Of a stretch of 40,402 nt of DNA, positions 36,656 through 40,402 are shown piece by piece. The notes under the pieces are model-generated. The model was not told the DNA's origin, searched no databases, and saw only the letters and a list, made by a program, of their open reading frames with translations. Each line of letters begins with the position of its first letter. Positions within the stretch are counted from its first letter, which is position 1. The stretch is taken from assembly GCF_001194135.2 (NCBI RefSeq), contig NC_068982.1, forward strand, positions 53,571,122 through 53,611,523. The letters are read 5' to 3'. The translations under genes and the position numbers were made by a program. This stretch comes from Octopus bimaculoides (lineage: Eukaryota).

Positions 36656-37728
36656 ACGAATATTAAATTCCATTTTCAGTAAAGGAAAGCGAATGCATTT
36701 CATTAAAATATTTTCCTGAAATGGGGGTCTTCATTTATGTACGCTCTCGTTGGCACTCATAAACATGCGCACCTACAACCATATCGCTTAGTGAAAACAT
36801 ACAAACAACTAATTATATATCCAACTCACTTTCATTCACTCACTCCTCTCTTACAAAACGTTTCTCCATCTCTTTCCTCTCCTCATATTCCAGTGCGCCC
36901 GCGCTGTGTGTATGGGTGTGTGCGTGAATGTGTGTGTGAGAGAGAAAAAGCGAACAAGAGAGAGAGAATGTGTGTGTGAGAGAGGGGAAAAGAGGAGAGA
37001 GAGTGTGTGTCTGTGAGATAGAGAGAAAAAGAGAGAGAAAATATGTTGTGTATGTGTGTATTAGACATACCTCAACTTACGTCGTTTCGAGGTACGTCTT
37101 TTTCAGCAACATATTTTTGGACTTCATAACATTTCCTTTAAAATAATAATGAAAGATATAAATCGATAAACCTCAAGTTCAGTCGATTTATTTCAATTTA
37201 TGACAGACTCTACGTACATATTTAAAAGCATATAAATTCAAATTTGAAAGGAAACACTTAAAACCCAATGACGTTGTGGCAAATCAATAAAATCCAAGTG
37301 AACATATGCACAAACCATTTAAAAGAGATAAAAGTAAATAAACTTTTTTAAATGTTTTGTGTAATGTCATTTTTCGAGTTAAATTCGCATGTCTTCAAAC
37401 CAATTGCCAACGTAAGTTCAGGTATTCTTGTATCTCTCTCTCTCTCTCTCTCTCTCTCTNNNNNNNNNNNNNNNNNNNNNNNNNNNNNNNNNNNNNNNNN
37501 NNNNNNNNNNNNNNNNNNNNNNNNNNNNNNNNNNNNNNNNNNNNNNNNNNNNNNNNNNNNNNNNNNNNNNNNNNNNNNNNNNNNNNNNNNNNNNNNNNNN
37601 NNNNNNNNNNNNNNNNNNNNNNNNNNNNNNNNNNNNNNNNNNNNNNNNNNNNNNNNNNNNNNNNNNNNNNNNNNNNNNNNNNNNNNNNNNNNNNNNNNNN
37701 NNNNNNNNNNNNNNNNNNNNNNNNNNNN

Positions 37729-37760
<32 letters not shown>

Positions 37761-38039
37761 GCATATATATATATGTATATATAAACATATATAGATATAC
37801 ATGTATATATATACATATTCATATCTGTATATACATATATATATATGCATACATACATACGATAATATATGTATATGTATACATATATTTATACACACAC
37901 ACACACACATATATGTATATATATACATACATATTTTTTCGACGCAGTGCCCCAGCATGGCCGCATTCTAATGATTAAAATGAGTAAAAGATTTCGTATA
38001 TATATACACACATGAATGCACACCCACACAAATATACGT

Positions 38040-38070
<31 letters not shown>

Positions 38071-38429
38071 GATATACGTATTCATGTGTCACACACAAAC
38101 ACACATCTGTGTGTATGTGAGTGCGTGTGCTTGTGTGTGCGAGTGTGCATGTCTATGCGCGTACTTAGACGTACGTATATGCACGCGTATGTATGTATGC
38201 ATGTATGTATGTGTGGATAATTACGTATTTACGTTATTCGTGTGTGACTGTATTCCTGCTTATGTTTGTGTAAGAATGTATATATGATTTCTAAGGAATG
38301 CTCGTGGCAGGAAAAAAAGAAAGAAGAAAATAAATATAGGAAGAAAGGCAGATAGTAATAAGAAAAAGAAGAAAAAAAAAGAGAAGGAAAAGAAGTGGAG
38401 TGAGGTGGGGTGACAATATATGTATGTAC

Positions 38430-38550
38430 CTGAACTGATGTTGCAACAGCTGTTTTATCTAAACAACAACAGGGAGGCTGAGAATAAGCAGCTACTGTAA
38501 CAGCAGTAGCGGTAGTCAACTGCTTTATCAGGGTTAACGCATCGTAGGGG
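38430..38550 (-). other. candidate internal exon (121 nt)
   Basis: Acceptor cccttttctttctcctag|, donor cag|gtacat; one frame open throughout: PYDALTLIKQLTTATAVTVAAYSQPPCCCLDKTAVATSVQ. No protein family recognised. Confidence 0.3.
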
Positions 38551-39892
38551 CTAGGAGAAAGAAAAGGGATTTATAGGGATGTGTGAAAATATGTGCCAGG
38601 CATGCAATATGTTACGCTTCTCCCTTTTCAGTTACCGTATCATCTTGCAAAATAAGGCTTCTTCTCCTTCCAATTTGTACCCTTGAAAAATCAAGTAAAA
38701 AGAAGGACGCCTGCGTTGTGCGATAGATAAATGTACAGGGATAAGGAAAGGTTGAATAAAATGTTGTGTAGGTAAGGTATAGGGTATAGCAAGTTAAACG
38801 TGAGAAGAGGCACCAACCTTTGAAACGAGGGAGGGTTGAAAATACTTCTTCGTTTAAAAATAGACTTGGCTAATTATCTATACACCGATTTTTAAGCTGG
38901 TATAATATACAAACATACATACATATGAATATGCATATAAATGTATACATATATATATGTGTAAATATATATATATATANNNNNNNNNNNNNNNNNNNNN
39001 NNNNNNNNNNNNNNNNNNNNNNNNNNNNNNNNNNNNNNNNNNNNNNNNNNNNNNNNNNNNNNNNNNNNNNNNNNNNNNNNNNNNNNNNNNNNNNNNNNNN
39101 NNNNNNNNNNNNNNNNNNNNNNNNNNNNNNNNNNNNNNNNNNNNNNNNNNNNNNNNNNNNNNNNNNNNNNNNNNNNNNNNNNNNNNNNNNNNNNNNNNNN
39201 NNNNNNNNNNNNNNNNNNNNNNNNNNNNNNNNNNNNNNNNNNNNNNNNNNNNNNNNNNNNNNNNNNNNNNNNNNNNNNNNNNNNNNNNNNNNNNNNNNNN
39301 NNNNNNNNNNNNNNNNNNNNNNNNNNNNNNNNNNNNNNNNNNNNNNNNNNNNNNNNNNNNNNNNNNNNNNNNNNNNNNNNNNNNNNNNNNNNNNNNNNNN
39401 NNNNNNNNNNNNNNNNNNNNNNNNNNNNNNNNNNNNNNNNNNNNNNNNNNNNNNNNNNNNNNNNNNNNNNNNNNNNNNNNNNNNNNNNNNNNNNNNNNNN
39501 NNNNNNNNNNNNNNNNNNNNNNNNNNNNNNNNNNNNNNNNNNNNNNNNNNNNNNNNNNNNNNNNNNNNNNNNNNNNNNNNNNNNNNNNNNNNNNNNNNNN
39601 NNNNNNNNNNNNNNNNNNNNNNNNNNNNNNNNNNNNNNNNNNNNNNNNATATATATATATATACATGTATATATATATTAAAGATATTTAAAAAAAATTA
39701 TGCATGTTCATTTGTGTACTGTTATTGTAGGTCAACATGCGTTTATAAAAACATGTATATTGCAAATATTTATAAGCTCTGGTACATAAACATGTAAGTT
39801 TATAAATATAAGTATATACTTACACAAACACATCTGTAATCATATGCACATACAGGGCACAACTATACCTACCTATCTATCTATCTATCTAC

Positions 39893-39964
<72 letters not shown>

Positions 39965-40247
39965 CTATCAGTTTATCACTAATTGTCGATTTATATGTGC
40001 ACACTTATATACATACAAACATACATACCTACATACACGCATACATACATACACGCATACATACATGCATACATACATACATACATATATAGATATACAT
40101 ATATATATATATATATACATACATACACGCATACATACATACATACACACATACATACATACATATATATATATATAGCTACTGGTAGTAGCTCTTTCGG
40201 TTGTGTATTAAATTGATATTTATTTCTCACTGGACGGAGCACTTGTG

Positions 40248-40298
<51 letters not shown>

Positions 40299-40402
40299 AT
40301 GTGTGTGTGTGTGTGTATTATATTTACACATATGCATATAATATGCATACATATATATACATATATATATGTATATATTTATATATATATATATATATAT
40401 AT

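Larger units (their letters stand above)
1..40402. repeat. dense simple-sequence repeats, (TA)n, (CA)n, (GA)n, (TAGA)n, (TACA)n, (TAA)n, with 14 N-gaps mostly flanked by them
   Basis: Gaps at 8503-8821, 10280-11232, 16197-16257, 16777-17176, 19183-19397, 20908-21624, 22591-22631, 24469-24537, 26763-26861, 29303-29840, 30494-31203, 32643-32695, 37460-37728 and 38980-39648. Confidence 0.97.

Noticed and set aside
16179-40242. Many ORFs rich in YI, TH, CV, YLSI or X
   Set aside because: These are simple-repeat and gap read-throughs with no coding signal.
1-40402. CRISPR array, rRNA or prokaryotic operon-type system
   Set aside because: No regularly spaced repeat-spacer structure, no rRNA similarity and no gene-dense region; the sequence is plainly eukaryotic intronic or intergenic DNA.

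Overview
AT-rich, microsatellite-dense eukaryotic DNA from a gappy draft assembly (14 N-gaps, about 5.1 kb). The mix of tRNA-headed SINEs, (TA)n/(CA)n/(TAGA)n/(TAA)n arrays and mariner relics looks like an Octopus (coleoid cephalopod) genome; this is inferred, not proven. No complete protein-coding gene is visible, and nearly all ORFs in the track are microsatellite or gap artefacts. The window is mostly TE debris: at least five SINE-like families, 3' fragments of R4/Dong-, L1/Tx1- and CR1-group LINEs, mariner (DD34D) and maT-like (DD37D) relics, and hAT-type MITEs. The best host-gene signal is a CpG-rich promoter/first exon on the minus strand at about 15180-15530 with a perfect GTGAGT donor; weaker candidate minus-strand exons lie at 38430-38550 and from 28316 down. 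The most interesting unexplained items are four degenerate minimal hammerhead-ribozyme motifs of the Penelope-like type, a twice-present decayed coding-like segment of unknown family, a stack of elements in (TAA)n, and two templated-insertion-like scars. I found no clear evidence of a new multi-gene system.
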